Origin: an uncultured Pelagibacteraceae bacterium
GTDB taxonomy: Bacteria; Pseudomonadota; Alphaproteobacteria; Pelagibacterales; Pelagibacteraceae
Assembly: GCA_902614355.1 (NCBI GenBank)
Contig: CACMKP010000005.1
Span: 10,574 to 74,573, forward strand
DNA length: 64,000 nucleotides
Reading direction: 5' to 3'
Shown here: positions 1 through 10,262 of the stretch, piece after piece
Layout: every line of letters begins with the position of its first letter
How positions within the stretch are numbered: the stretch's first letter is position 1
Position numbers and translations under genes: made by a program
Notes under the pieces: model-generated
The model's database searches: none
Seen by the model: only the letters and a program-made list of their open reading frames with translations
Told to the model about the DNA's origin: nothing

Positions 1-777
1 ATGAATTGAGGCAGGCCAGAATTTTTTATATAGGTCATTATTTTTGTCAGGATAATTTAATGCACTAATATAATTTGTTAAAGCATCCAACCATACATAT
101 ATAACGTGCTTTTCGTCATTTGGAACTTTTATGCCCCAGGAGAAGCTTTTTCTACTAACCGATAAATCTTTTAGTCCACTTTTTACAAAACTAATTACCT
201 CATTTTTTCTTGAGGCAGGCAAAATAAAATTTGGATTTTTTTCATAAAAATCTAAAAGTGGCTTTTCCCATTTAGATAATCTAAAAAAATATGATTCCTC
301 ATCAACCCATTCAACAGGTGATTTTGAAGAAATGGCAATTTTTTTATTATCTATTTCTTCAATTTCGTTCTCGTCGTAAAAGGCTTCATCCGATACAGAA
401 TACCATCCTGAATATTTTGATAAATAAATATCATCATTTTTTAATAAATCATCCCATAAATATTGAACAGATTTTTTGTGACGTATTTCTGTTGTTCGTA
501 TAAAATCATTATTTGTTAAATTTAATGTCTTAGATAGATCTTTAAATGTTTGGCTTATTTCATCACAAAATTTTAATGGATCCACTTTTTTTTTTTCAGC
601 AGCTCTCTGAATTTTTAAACCGTGTTCATCAGTACCAGTAAGAAAGAACACTTCATAACCATCAATTCTTTTAAATCTAGCAAAAAAATCCGCTATTATA
701 CTTGAGTAGGCATGCCCCATATGAGGCTTTGCCGAAGGGTAATAAATTGGAGTAGTTATATAAAATGTTTTACCCAT
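1..777 (-). CDS. metG: Methionyl-tRNA synthetase (5' part; runs off the window start)
   Basis: Not in the ORF track. Manual translation from ATG at 777 gives MGKTFYITTPIYYPSAKPHMGHAY (HIGH-like motif), later GWYSVSDEAFY. Overlaps the holB stop. Confidence 0.96.
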   Translation of the reverse strand, partial: MGKTFYITTPIYYPSAKPHMGHAYSSIIADFFARFKRIDGYEVFFLTGTDEHGLKIQRAAEKKKVDPLKFCDEISQTFKDLSKTLNLTNNDFIRTTEIRHKKSVQYLWDDLLKNDDIYLSKYSGWYSVSDEAFYDENEIEEIDNKKIAISSKSPVEWVDEESYFFRLSKWEKPLLDFYEKNPNFILPASRKNEVISFVKSGLKDLSVSRKSFSWGIKVPNDEKHVIYVWLDALTNYISALNYPDKNNDLYKKFWPASIH

Positions 778-1690
778 TTAATATTTTATCGCTTAATTCA
801 ATAAATAGTGATTCCTCATCAAGATTATATTTATTAATCATATCTATTTTTTTAATAAAGTAATTATAATGATCTAAATCCAATGATTTTGTCTCTTGTT
901 TTAATAAATTTTCCAAGATTTCATAGAAAAGATATTTAAGATTTGAGTCTTTCTTAAAATGATTATTATTTATCAAAATATTAATAAATTCCTTAAGCTT
1001 TATATCTTTAAGATCTATACTGTTGTCGCTGCAAAAATTTATCATTTTATAAATATTACCCGGTGAAAAATAATAATTAATAAATTCATCATTAACTAAA
1101 TTTTGAATATTATTATTTATTAACTTATTTATTGTATACAATGATTCATTATTGCTTAAATGGATGTTAAATTTCACAAATCTAGAGGTTAATGTATTTA
1201 ATAATCTTTTTTGGTTTTGAATGAGTATAAAATAAACACCAATATTTGGTTCTTCAATATCTTTTAATAGAGCATTTGTGCTATTCTTGTTCAAATATTC
1301 ACTATCATCAATTAAAACAAATTTAGGTTTTTCATTAAAGGAAGACATATTTAAATTTTTTATCAGACTCCTTATTTGATCTACGTTCACAACTTTTTTA
1401 TCTATTTTAACGTCTACTAAAGAAAAGTTTGGACTAGAGCCATTTTTAATTAATTTAAAAGATTTATTTCTGTCATCAATCTTAAAGTCTGTAAAATTAT
1501 ACGCAAAATCCTCATTTTCAGAAAGAATAGAATTGATTAAGTGATAAGCCAAAGTGCATTTACCTATCCCCTTTCGGCCATTTAGTAAAATCTTATTTGG
1601 AAGTTTATCTTCTTTATATAAAGATATAAATTTTTTTAATTCTTTTCCGTGAATAAATAATTCTAATTGATTTGAAGGATTTAATTTCAT
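770..1690 (-). CDS. holB: DNA polymerase III delta' subunit
   Basis: GRKGIGK P-loop-like motif, NALLKDIEEP and TLTSR motifs; tmk-holB-metG synteny. Confidence 0.88.
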   Translation of the reverse strand: MKLNPSNQLELFIHGKELKKFISLYKEDKLPNKILLNGRKGIGKCTLAYHLINSILSENEDFAYNFTDFKIDDRNKSFKLIKNGSSPNFSLVDVKIDKKVVNVDQIRSLIKNLNMSSFNEKPKFVLIDDSEYLNKNSTNALLKDIEEPNIGVYFILIQNQKRLLNTLTSRFVKFNIHLSNNESLYTINKLINNNIQNLVNDEFINYYFSPGNIYKMINFCSDNSIDLKDIKLKEFINILINNNHFKKDSNLKYLFYEILENLLKQETKSLDLDHYNYFIKKIDMINKYNLDEESLFIELSDKILNG

Positions 1691-2301
1691 TTAATAAGTT
1701 CATTAATCTTTCTAATTATAGTTTCCTTATTTCTTTTTAATTCTAGATTTGAATTAACTATTAAGTATTTATTTTTTTTATTTCTTATAATTTTTAAGTA
1801 ACCTTTTTGTACTTTTTGATAAAATTTACTACTAAATTTATCATATCTGTTCAATTTACCTCTTTTTCTTAATCTTGATAACATGTTTTTACTATTTACA
1901 ATATTTAGAAAAGTAAAATCAATTTTAAAATCTTTTAAAATCACGCTATGAATTTTATTAATTAGATTTAAGTCAACACCTAATCCAAAATGCTGATAAG
2001 CTATAGTGGAGTCAGTAAATCTATCTATAAGTATAATCTTTTTTTTATGAAATTTTTTTAATTTTTGTATATTTTCGCTTCTTGATGCTGAATATAAAAA
2101 TAAATCAGTATTTCGATTAAAATTTGATTTTTTATTAAGAATTAATTTTCTAATTATCTCTGAATTTTTACTACCGCCAGGTTCCCTTAAACATATATAT
2201 GGGATTTTTTTTTTTTTTAAAAAATTACATACATTTTTTAAATGAAGAGATTTTCCACTACATTCAATACCTTCAAAAACAATAACAGGCTTATTAGACA
2301 T
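1687..2301 (-). CDS. tmk: Thymidylate kinase
   Basis: FEGIECSGKS P-loop, REPGG, DRFTDSTIAYQ; ATG at 2301 preferred over GTG at 2304. Confidence 0.95.
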   Translation of the reverse strand: MSNKPVIVFEGIECSGKSLHLKNVCNFLKKKKIPYICLREPGGSKNSEIIRKLILNKKSNFNRNTDLFLYSASRSENIQKLKKFHKKKIILIDRFTDSTIAYQHFGLGVDLNLINKIHSVILKDFKIDFTFLNIVNSKNMLSRLRKRGKLNRYDKFSSKFYQKVQKGYLKIIRNKKNKYLIVNSNLELKRNKETIIRKINELIK

Positions 2302-3445
2302 CACCCCAAATCAGATAATTAATAGACTTCATAAGTCTTGAAAACATATTAACTTTTTTAACATCATTAGCTGCTAGCAAATCATATTCTCCAATTATAT
2401 TTTTATTATAAGAAATATTTAATTTTCCAATTATTTGATTTTTTTTAATTGGCGCTTCAACTGGCCCTTTATAATTAATTGATACTTTTAGTAATCTTTT
2501 TTGTGCTTTTTTTATAGTTTTATATATGTCCTCGTTTACATATACATTTACCTTTTTTTCTTTTCCCAACCATACATCAATTTTGTCTAAAGGTTTTTTT
2601 GCTTTAGCTATTTCGATAAGATCAAAATTTGTAATACCATAAGTTAACAACTTTGTACTCTCCCTAGATCTACTGTTTTTAGTTTCAAATCCACTCCCAA
2701 CGGCAATCAATCTTCGCCCATTTTTTTTTAATGATGAGGCTAAAGAATATTTTTCAACCGCTAAATACCCAGTTTTGATTCCATCCGCTCCAAGGTTTTT
2801 ATAAAGAAGTGGATTACGATTTCCCTGAGTTATGGGGTCACCACCTGTCCTATCCCAAGTAAACTCTGTTTCACTAAACAGTTTATAATATTCAGGGTGT
2901 TCTTTGATAAGATAATTAGACATTATAAGAATATCCCTAACAGTTGAGTAGTTGTCTGGATCATTAATTCCTGATGAATTAGTAAAATTTGTATTTTCCA
3001 TACCTATTTCTTTGGCTTTCATCGTCATCAGAATTGCGAATTCCTCTTCGGTTCCCGCAATACCTTCTGCTAAAGCAATGCAAGCATCGTTCCCAGAAGC
3101 AACAATAATCCCTCTAAGTAAATTCTCTACAGTAACTTCATCACCAACCATTATAAACATTGAAGAGTATCCAGCAGTAGATAATCTCCATGCTTTTTCT
3201 GATATTATAAATTTGTCTTCTAAACTTAAATCACCAGACTTAATTAAATCAAATGCAATTATAGATGTCATAATTTTAGTCATTGATGCTGGATAAATTG
3301 ATCTATCAGGATCTTTTTCATAAAGAATTTTTCCAGATAGAAAATCTTGCAAAATTGCTGTTCTAGCCTTTATTTGTATATTTGCATTCAAGTAACTTGA
3401 AAAAAATAATATGACTAAATTAATTGTAAAAATCTTCTTAAACAT
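2294..3445 (-). CDS. dacA: D-alanyl-D-alanine carboxypeptidase (PBP5/6 family)
   Basis: SxxK (PASMTK), SGN and KTG motifs; signal peptide. Confidence 0.93.
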   Translation of the reverse strand: MFKKIFTINLVILFFSSYLNANIQIKARTAILQDFLSGKILYEKDPDRSIYPASMTKIMTSIIAFDLIKSGDLSLEDKFIISEKAWRLSTAGYSSMFIMVGDEVTVENLLRGIIVASGNDACIALAEGIAGTEEEFAILMTMKAKEIGMENTNFTNSSGINDPDNYSTVRDILIMSNYLIKEHPEYYKLFSETEFTWDRTGGDPITQGNRNPLLYKNLGADGIKTGYLAVEKYSLASSLKKNGRRLIAVGSGFETKNSRSRESTKLLTYGITNFDLIEIAKAKKPLDKIDVWLGKEKKVNVYVNEDIYKTIKKAQKRLLKVSINYKGPVEAPIKKNQIIGKLNISYNKNIIGEYDLLAANDVKKVNMFSRLMKSINYLIWGDV

Positions 3446-4184
3446 TATTTAATATTTCTAAATTTTCAAAATTCATTGGCTTAAGTTTTTCATAGGACTC
3501 TTTTAGGCTTTTTATATCATTAAAGGGACCTATTAGTACTCTAAATTTTGTTTTAGAAAGTTGTTGTATTCTAGAATTTTTTATATTTGTTTCATTTTTA
3601 ATTCGTGAAATCATTGTCTTTGCTGATCTTTTATAATAAAAGTCAGCTAGTTTTATTGAATAAGAAAATTTAAGTTTTGTATCTTTTTTTTTCTTTTTAG
3701 GTGCTGAATTTAGATCTTTTATTTGAATACCATCAACTGGTGCTTTTTCAGCAACTTTTTTTTCTTCTTCGAATGTTTTACTTTTTTTTGCAATAAAAGC
3801 AGAATTTCTTGAGACTAATGTTATTTCCAGTAATGGCTCATTAAAATCAAGATCCAAATCTTCAGCTATTCTTTTAGATATAACAGAATTATAAAAATCT
3901 GAAAATTTTTGATTATTAGATTTCACTTCCGCAATCAAAGACTTGCCATTTTTTGGATTTGTAATCTTGACTGTTGATTTTCTTTTTAGTGATTTGTGAT
4001 AAATCATTAATGATCTATCATCTAATTTCTTTATTTTATCTAAACCTTCGTCAAAAATTAAAGCAAATCCACTATTAGTATATCTTTTTTCTAATTTTAT
4101 TTCGGTCTTATCTAATTGTTTAGGGACTTGAACACAACCTATCAAAAAAAAGGAAAATAATAGAAGTAAAATTTTATAGTTCAT
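3438..4184 (-). CDS. rlpA: RlpA-like lipoprotein: degenerate DPBB domain plus C-terminal SPOR domain
   Basis: Lipobox LIGC; HKSL..STVKITNPKNGKS DPBB-like segment; FRVLIGPF SPOR motif; mltB-rlpA-dacA synteny. Confidence 0.7.
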   Translation of the reverse strand: MNYKILLLLFSFFLIGCVQVPKQLDKTEIKLEKRYTNSGFALIFDEGLDKIKKLDDRSLMIYHKSLKRKSTVKITNPKNGKSLIAEVKSNNQKFSDFYNSVISKRIAEDLDLDFNEPLLEITLVSRNSAFIAKKSKTFEEEKKVAEKAPVDGIQIKDLNSAPKKKKKDTKLKFSYSIKLADFYYKRSAKTMISRIKNETNIKNSRIQQLSKTKFRVLIGPFNDIKSLKESYEKLKPMNFENLEILNNV

Positions 4185-5184
4185 TTTTAAATTTATCCTT
4201 TAAGGTACAAACGGCTAAAGCAAATCTCAAAGATCTATTCCATTGAAGAATTATTTCATAATTGTCAAACACAATATAAGCAGGGTTTAAAGTGTCTGCC
4301 CCTGGGATAATATCTTTGTCAGGAGTAATTATTGCAACATTATAGTTAGATTTTAAAAAACTTAATTCATCATAATTCTCTATATATTTCTTAAAAAAAC
4401 TTAATCTTTTTTTATTATGAAGTTTTTTAGCAGAAACATTTAAATATTTTTTTGGAGTGTTTTTTTTTAGATCTATTCGGTAAAAGCAAGGGGAATTTTT
4501 TTTCCAACCAATCTTTTTTAGATAGTTTGCTGCAGACGCGTAAGCATCATGAGAATTTTTTAAATTTATGTGATTGTCAGTATTAAAATCAATAGCATGA
4601 TTTTTAATAGTTGAAGGCATAAATTGAAAAAAACCAAATGCTCCTGCCCATGAACCATATAAAGATTTATAATCTATTTGATTTTCATCTATTAACTTAA
4701 GTAAAATTAGGAGTTCTTTAGTAAAAAACTCAGATCTTCTTTTATCGTAACTCAATGTCGCTAATGATGAAATAATATCCATTTTACCAACATAAGTTCC
4801 ATAATTTGTTTCTATCCCCATTAATGATAATAAAAGTTCTTTTTCAACTTCAAACATATTTTCAACAATATTAATCAACTCTTTATTGTTTGAGTAAAAG
4901 TCAACACCTTTACTCAATTTTTTAGAAGATGTTCTTTTAGAAATATAAGTCTTAGTATCCTCATAAAATTCAGGCTGATATCTATCATATTTTATTACAT
5001 TGGAAAGAAACCTAGCATCAGTCATCACAAGATCAAAAGTTTGCTCAGAAATATTATTGGCTAAAGCTCTTTGTTTAAAATTTTTTTTCCAAATTTCAAA
5101 GCTTTTAATTTCATTAGCAAAGGAATTAGAATGAAAAAAAAATACAATTAAAAAAAAAATCTTAATTTTGTTCATATAAATCAT
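4174..5184 (-). CDS. mltB: Lytic murein transglycosylase (MltB/Slt35 family)
   Basis: GIETNYG catalytic Glu, GSWAGAFGFFQFMPS, SAANYL; start could be 5175. Confidence 0.92.
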   Translation of the reverse strand: MIYMNKIKIFFLIVFFFHSNSFANEIKSFEIWKKNFKQRALANNISEQTFDLVMTDARFLSNVIKYDRYQPEFYEDTKTYISKRTSSKKLSKGVDFYSNNKELINIVENMFEVEKELLLSLMGIETNYGTYVGKMDIISSLATLSYDKRRSEFFTKELLILLKLIDENQIDYKSLYGSWAGAFGFFQFMPSTIKNHAIDFNTDNHINLKNSHDAYASAANYLKKIGWKKNSPCFYRIDLKKNTPKKYLNVSAKKLHNKKRLSFFKKYIENYDELSFLKSNYNVAIITPDKDIIPGADTLNPAYIVFDNYEIILQWNRSLRFALAVCTLKDKFKNEL

Positions 5185-6040
5185 TCAAATATATAATTAC
5201 AGCAATCCAAATGATAATAAAACTTAGAAATTTCACTAATGAAAAAACCTCCCCATAATAAAAATAACCTAAAATAAACTGTAAAGTTGGCGTAATGTAA
5301 AATATCATTCCGGTTGGACCTAAACCAATTAACTGAACTCCTCTAACATAAAGGAACAAGGGAATCACTGTCATTGGACCAGCTAAAAGCAAATACAGAC
5401 TTAGTGCTGGGTTATTCATACTAAAATCATTAAAGTTGTTATTTGTAATAATATAAAATGCAACAAGAGCAAATGGAAAAATATACAAGCTTTCAATTAA
5501 TAATCCAATATCAGTATCTATCTTAATTTTTTTTCTTACCAAGTTGTAAAATGCCCAACTAAATGCTACGATTAGACCAACCCAAGGTAAAGATTTAAGA
5601 TTAAATAAAATTAATATCATAATTGATACTAAAACTAAAAGGATTGAAAAAATTCTTTTATTATTAAGTTTTTCTTTAAAAAAAATATATCCTAATAGAA
5701 CACTGATTATTGGCATTATAAAATATCCGAAACTTGCATCTATAATTCTTTCTGAGGCTACGGCATAAATCCATATAGACCAATTAACAAAAATTAAAAA
5801 ACCAGATATAAATAATGCGATTAATTTTTTTTTATCCTTTATTTCTTTTAGAAACATTTGCCATTTAGATAAAAAAGTTGTGGTAAAAAATAACATGATC
5901 GCAGTCCATAAACATCTATGTACTACTAACTCGGTATGACCAATAAAAGATACTGACTCAAAATATATAACTCCAATAAATCCCCACCAAAATGAACCTA
6001 GTGAAGTTAAAATCAAACCTTTATTAAAATTATTTTTCAT
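5162..6040 (-). CDS. rarD: EamA/DMT family transporter RarD
   Basis: About 10 TM segments; ASFGYFIMP and YITPTLQF RarD motifs; ATG at 6040. Confidence 0.88.
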   Translation of the reverse strand: MKNNFNKGLILTSLGSFWWGFIGVIYFESVSFIGHTELVVHRCLWTAIMLFFTTTFLSKWQMFLKEIKDKKKLIALFISGFLIFVNWSIWIYAVASERIIDASFGYFIMPIISVLLGYIFFKEKLNNKRIFSILLVLVSIMILILFNLKSLPWVGLIVAFSWAFYNLVRKKIKIDTDIGLLIESLYIFPFALVAFYIITNNNFNDFSMNNPALSLYLLLAGPMTVIPLFLYVRGVQLIGLGPTGMIFYITPTLQFILGYFYYGEVFSLVKFLSFIIIWIAVIIYLNDLYEQN

Positions 6041-6124
6041 ACTAATCAAATGAACAAAATATCAAGACTAATTAGACTATTTTGTTGTTGAATTAAATAT
6101 TTTTAATTATAAAAGCTTTTACAC

Positions 6125-6214
6125 GGAGAGATGGCTGAGCGGTTGAAAGCACCGGTCTTGAAAACCGGCAAAGGGGCAACTCTTTCCTGGGTTCGAATCC
6201 CAGTCTCTCCGCCA
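6125..6214 (+). tRNA. tRNA-Ser(TGA)
   Basis: GGAGAGA/TCTCTCC acceptor stem, CCGGT-CTTGAAA-ACCGG anticodon arm, long variable arm, GTTCGAATC, encoded CCA. Confidence 0.97.
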
Positions 6215-6222
6215 TAGATTTA

Positions 6223-6480
6223 TTAATATTTAAAATTTTTGAATAAATTATTAATTTTATTATCCTCAAATTCTATGTTGGTTTTTAAACCATTATAAAA
6301 ATTGTATAGGTTGTTATCATCTATTTCTAAAAGCTTTATTAATTCATTTAAATCTTCAACATTTAATTGATCTAAGTATTTATTAGTGAAAGCTCCTAAA
6401 AGTTTATCCATTTCTTTGGTGCCGCGATAATTTGATCTGTATATAATTTTTTTTTTTATTTGTTCTATATCAACAGTCAT
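6223..6480 (-). CDS. sdhE: Succinate dehydrogenase FAD assembly factor SdhE/Sdh5
   Basis: YRSNYRGTKEMD (RGxxE motif), 85 aa, divergent from recG. Confidence 0.9.
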   Translation of the reverse strand: MTVDIEQIKKKIIYRSNYRGTKEMDKLLGAFTNKYLDQLNVEDLNELIKLLEIDDNNLYNFYNGLKTNIEFEDNKINNLFKNFKY

Positions 6481-6502
6481 AATAGGAATATAATATTAGT
6501 TT

Positions 6503-8554
6503 ATGGATATTAAAAGAAATTATGAATATTTATTATCTGACCTAAAATCTCTAAAAGGTGTTGGAATTAAAACATCAAATTTATTAAAAAGAAAAAAAGT
6601 TAATAGTATTTTCGATCTGTTATGGAAATTGCCAAAATCCTATACTGATCGAAGTTTATCTTCGAAAATTAAAGATTTAAAAATAGATGAAATACAAACT
6701 ATAACTATAATTCCTCAAAAATATTTATTTCCGAGAGTAAGAAACTTACCTAATCGAGTTTTATGCAAAGATGAGACTGGTGAAATAGATTGTGTTTTTT
6801 TTAATAGTTACGAGGGATATATTAGAAAAATATTACCTATTGGAAAAGAGGTAACAATTAGTGGTAAAATTAAACATTTTAGGAACAAATATCAATTAAC
6901 AAATCCTAAATATATTTCAGAAGACTCATCTATGATAAAACAAAAGCATAATAGCTATTCACTAACTGAAGGAATTAGTGAAAAAGTTTACAATAAGATT
7001 ATAATACAAATTATTAAAAATTTGCCTAAAATTGATGAGTGGCACTCAAAAGATATATTAAAAAATTTTGATAATATTGGTTGGAATGACTCAATTAAAA
7101 AATTACATGAACCAGAAAATGTTGGTAAATTTAAAGAAAATTTCTATCAAAGACTCGCTTTTGATGAAATTTTTTCAACTTTTTTAGTAAATTCAGAAAT
7201 TAGAAAAAAGATCAAAAAAATAAAAAAAACAAAGAAAAAATTGGATACTAAAAAACAAAATGAAATAATATCCAAGTTAGATTTTTCCTTAACTAGCGAT
7301 CAAACTAAAACATTAAATGAGATTAACGATGATTTGTGCTCAGATAACAAGATGTTTAGATTACTTCAGGGTGATGTTGGTAGCGGCAAAACAATAGTAT
7401 CTTTGTTATCTGCATTCAATACTATCAATTCTGATTTTCAAGTAGCAGTAATGGCTCCCACCGAAATATTAGCAAGACAGCATTTTTTATTAGCAAAGAA
7501 AATATTTCCCAAAATTATTAAAATAGAGTTACTCTCTGGAAAATCATCATACAAAGATAAAAAAAAAATTTTAGATAAACTTATTAAAAAAGAGATTGAT
7601 ATTGTTTTTGGAACACATGCCTTATTTCAAAAAAAAGTAGAATTCAAAAAACTAGGTTTAATAATAATTGATGAACAGCATAAGTTTGGGGTTAGTCAAA
7701 GAAAAAAACTATCTGATAAAGCTGGTAAAGATTGTGATGTTCTTTTAATGACAGCAACACCAATACCACGTACTTTAACAATGACTATTTATGGAGATAT
7801 GGATCTTTCAATTATACGAGAAAAACCGAGTAACCGAAAACCTGTTAAAACTTATAGTAAAATTGAAAGTAAGATTGAGGATGTTATTAAATTCATTAAG
7901 AAAGAAATACGACTAGGAAATCAAATTTTTTGGGTATGCCCTCTTATAGAAGAGTCAAAAAAAATCGATCATTCTTCAGCAGTTAAAAAATCTGAATATT
8001 TAAAAGAAATATTTCCTAATGAGGTTTATTTACTCCATGGAAAAACAACTATTGAGGAAAAAGAAAAAATCCTAAACAAATTTTTAAAAAATGAATTTAA
8101 GATTTTAGTTTCAACTACAATCATTGAAGTTGGTATAGATTTTCCTAATGCAAATGTAATTATAATAGAAAATGCAAATAAATTTGGTTTATCTCAATTA
8201 CATCAACTTAGAGGAAGAGTGGGAAGAGGCAACAAAGAATCTTCATGTATATTAATGTTTAAGTCGAATTTAAGCGACAACGCAAAAAAAAGAATCAATA
8301 TATTAAAAGACTCTAATGATGGATTTGAAATATCTGAGGCGGATTTGAAATTAAGAGGTTTTGGAGATATTCTTGGATTTAAACAAAGTGGAATTAAAAA
8401 CTTTAAATTAGCAGATCCAATACATAATCATAACCTTTTTATTTTGGCTGAGAAAGAAATCAAAAGAATTGAAAATGAAAAAGAGGATATAGGGAGATTT
8501 AAACCATTAATCAAATTATATGATCGCGCGGATATAATTAACGATATAGCTTAA
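6503..8554 (+). CDS. recG: ATP-dependent DNA helicase RecG
   Basis: LQGDVGSGKT, DEQH, TATPIPRT, QLHQLRGRVGR. Confidence 0.97.
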   Translation: MDIKRNYEYLLSDLKSLKGVGIKTSNLLKRKKVNSIFDLLWKLPKSYTDRSLSSKIKDLKIDEIQTITIIPQKYLFPRVRNLPNRVLCKDETGEIDCVFFNSYEGYIRKILPIGKEVTISGKIKHFRNKYQLTNPKYISEDSSMIKQKHNSYSLTEGISEKVYNKIIIQIIKNLPKIDEWHSKDILKNFDNIGWNDSIKKLHEPENVGKFKENFYQRLAFDEIFSTFLVNSEIRKKIKKIKKTKKKLDTKKQNEIISKLDFSLTSDQTKTLNEINDDLCSDNKMFRLLQGDVGSGKTIVSLLSAFNTINSDFQVAVMAPTEILARQHFLLAKKIFPKIIKIELLSGKSSYKDKKKILDKLIKKEIDIVFGTHALFQKKVEFKKLGLIIIDEQHKFGVSQRKKLSDKAGKDCDVLLMTATPIPRTLTMTIYGDMDLSIIREKPSNRKPVKTYSKIESKIEDVIKFIKKEIRLGNQIFWVCPLIEESKKIDHSSAVKKSEYLKEIFPNEVYLLHGKTTIEEKEKILNKFLKNEFKILVSTTIIEVGIDFPNANVIIIENANKFGLSQLHQLRGRVGRGNKESSCILMFKSNLSDNAKKRINILKDSNDGFEISEADLKLRGFGDILGFKQSGIKNFKLADPIHNHNLFILAEKEIKRIENEKEDIGRFKPLIKLYDRADIINDIA

Positions 8555-9171
8555 TTCTTGCCTGTGGATGTTCCTGCAGAAACAATAAATTTAGATGCTT
8601 CTTCAAAAGTCATATTAAGATAAATAACCTCGTCGATTGGAAACATAAGTAGAAAACCACTTGTTGGATTTGGAGTTGTTGGAACAAAAACATTAATTAA
8701 TTTTTTATTGGTTTTTTCAGACATCTCTCCTTTATTCTCTTTGGTTGCAAAACCAACAGCCCATACACCTTTTCTTGGATATTCGATCAGAACAACACTT
8801 TTTTTTCCATTTTCATCTTTATTAGAAAATGTTTCTGTCATCTGAACTATTGCAGAATAAATAGTTCGCAACACAGGTATTCTCTTGAATAAATCATCTA
8901 TAATTTTTAAAATTCGTTTCCCTAAAAAAGATAAAGATAAACCACCAACAATCGTTATAAAAATTACTGATATTATAATTTCTATCCCTGGTATCGCAAA
9001 CGGGAGGTAGTTATTTGGATTGATGTTTTCTGGAATTATCTTAGACGAAACTCCAATTAAAATTTTACTTAAATACAAAGTAAAACCAATAGGGATAAGT
9101 ACCACAACCCCTGTAATAAAATAATTTCTTAAAACTAAGGTTAAAGATCTTTTTTTTTTATTTTTTGTCAT
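8551..9171 (-). CDS. DUF502 family membrane protein
   Basis: VLIEYPRKG and VFVPTTPNPTSGFL motifs. Confidence 0.88.
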   Translation of the reverse strand: MTKNKKKRSLTLVLRNYFITGVVVLIPIGFTLYLSKILIGVSSKIIPENINPNNYLPFAIPGIEIIISVIFITIVGGLSLSFLGKRILKIIDDLFKRIPVLRTIYSAIVQMTETFSNKDENGKKSVVLIEYPRKGVWAVGFATKENKGEMSEKTNKKLINVFVPTTPNPTSGFLLMFPIDEVIYLNMTFEEASKFIVSAGTSTGKN

Positions 9172-9282
9172 AAATTAATTAAAACTTGAATAAATTACAA
9201 AAACAATTGCAATAATAAATAACACTAATAAAATTTTGTTATTTAGATTCATGCATAAATATAATATCAATGTTAAAGAAAA

Positions 9283-10110
9283 ATGAATAGAAGAAAATTT
9301 TTATCATATATGGGTTGTGGCTGTTGTAGTTTTATACTTAATTCATGTACATCTGCACCTATTACTGAAAGAAAACAATTAAGTATAATTCCTGAGGCAA
9401 AACTAAATGCTCAAGCTGAGAAAATATACGAAAAAGTTAAAAAAAAAGAAAAATTAAGCAAAGATATAAAAACTCTAAATTTGATCAAAGATATTGGAAA
9501 GAGAATGGAAGATTCTATTGGTGAGTATTTTTATAAAGCTAAGTTAGATGATCCTACAAAGTATTTTAAATGGGAGTATATTTTAATTGAAAATAAAAAA
9601 GTTAGAAATGCTTGGTGTATGCCAGGAGGAAAAATTGCTGTTTATACAGGAATATTGGATGTAACTAAAAATACAAACGGACTAGCGGCAGTTATGGGAC
9701 ATGAAATTGCTCATGCAGTAGCCAAACATTCTGTTGAAAGGGCTAGTAGAGGTACTTTATTAAATGTAAGCACAAAAATTATTGATATTGCTAGTGGTGG
9801 AATATTATCTGATATTAATAGAACAACCGGGATGGATACTGTCGGTTTACTATCTCAATTAGGAATAATGAATCCTTTTAATAGAAAACAAGAGAGTGAA
9901 GCTGATTACTTGGGTATGATTTTCTCATCATTATCAGGATACGATATAAGAGAAACTTCTAAAATTTGGGAAAGAATGAAAGAATATAATAAAGGTCAAA
10001 CTCCTCCTGAATTTATGAGCACACATCCTTCAGCAGAAAATAGAATAAAAAAAATTAATGAGTGGACTAACGAGATTATTTTAGATTACCCACCACTTAA
10101 TATTACTTAA
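9283..10110 (+). CDS. M48 family zinc metallopeptidase, probable Tat-exported lipoprotein
   Basis: NAWCMPGGKI, HEIAH (HExxH), ESEAD, STHPS; N-terminal NRRKFL and LNSC lipobox. Confidence 0.9.
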   Translation: MNRRKFLSYMGCGCCSFILNSCTSAPITERKQLSIIPEAKLNAQAEKIYEKVKKKEKLSKDIKTLNLIKDIGKRMEDSIGEYFYKAKLDDPTKYFKWEYILIENKKVRNAWCMPGGKIAVYTGILDVTKNTNGLAAVMGHEIAHAVAKHSVERASRGTLLNVSTKIIDIASGGILSDINRTTGMDTVGLLSQLGIMNPFNRKQESEADYLGMIFSSLSGYDIRETSKIWERMKEYNKGQTPPEFMSTHPSAENRIKKINEWTNEIILDYPPLNIT

Positions 10111-10114
10111 TTTA

Positions 10115-10190
<76 letters not shown>

Positions 10191-10262
10191 AAAAATTACT
10201 TCGTATATACATATTTATTTTAATATTTCAAATAAGAATTTATGAGACAAATAGTTTCTTTC

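Noticed and set aside
291-503. 70-aa plus-strand ORF
   Set aside because: Antisense shadow of metG, which occupies 1-777 on the minus strand
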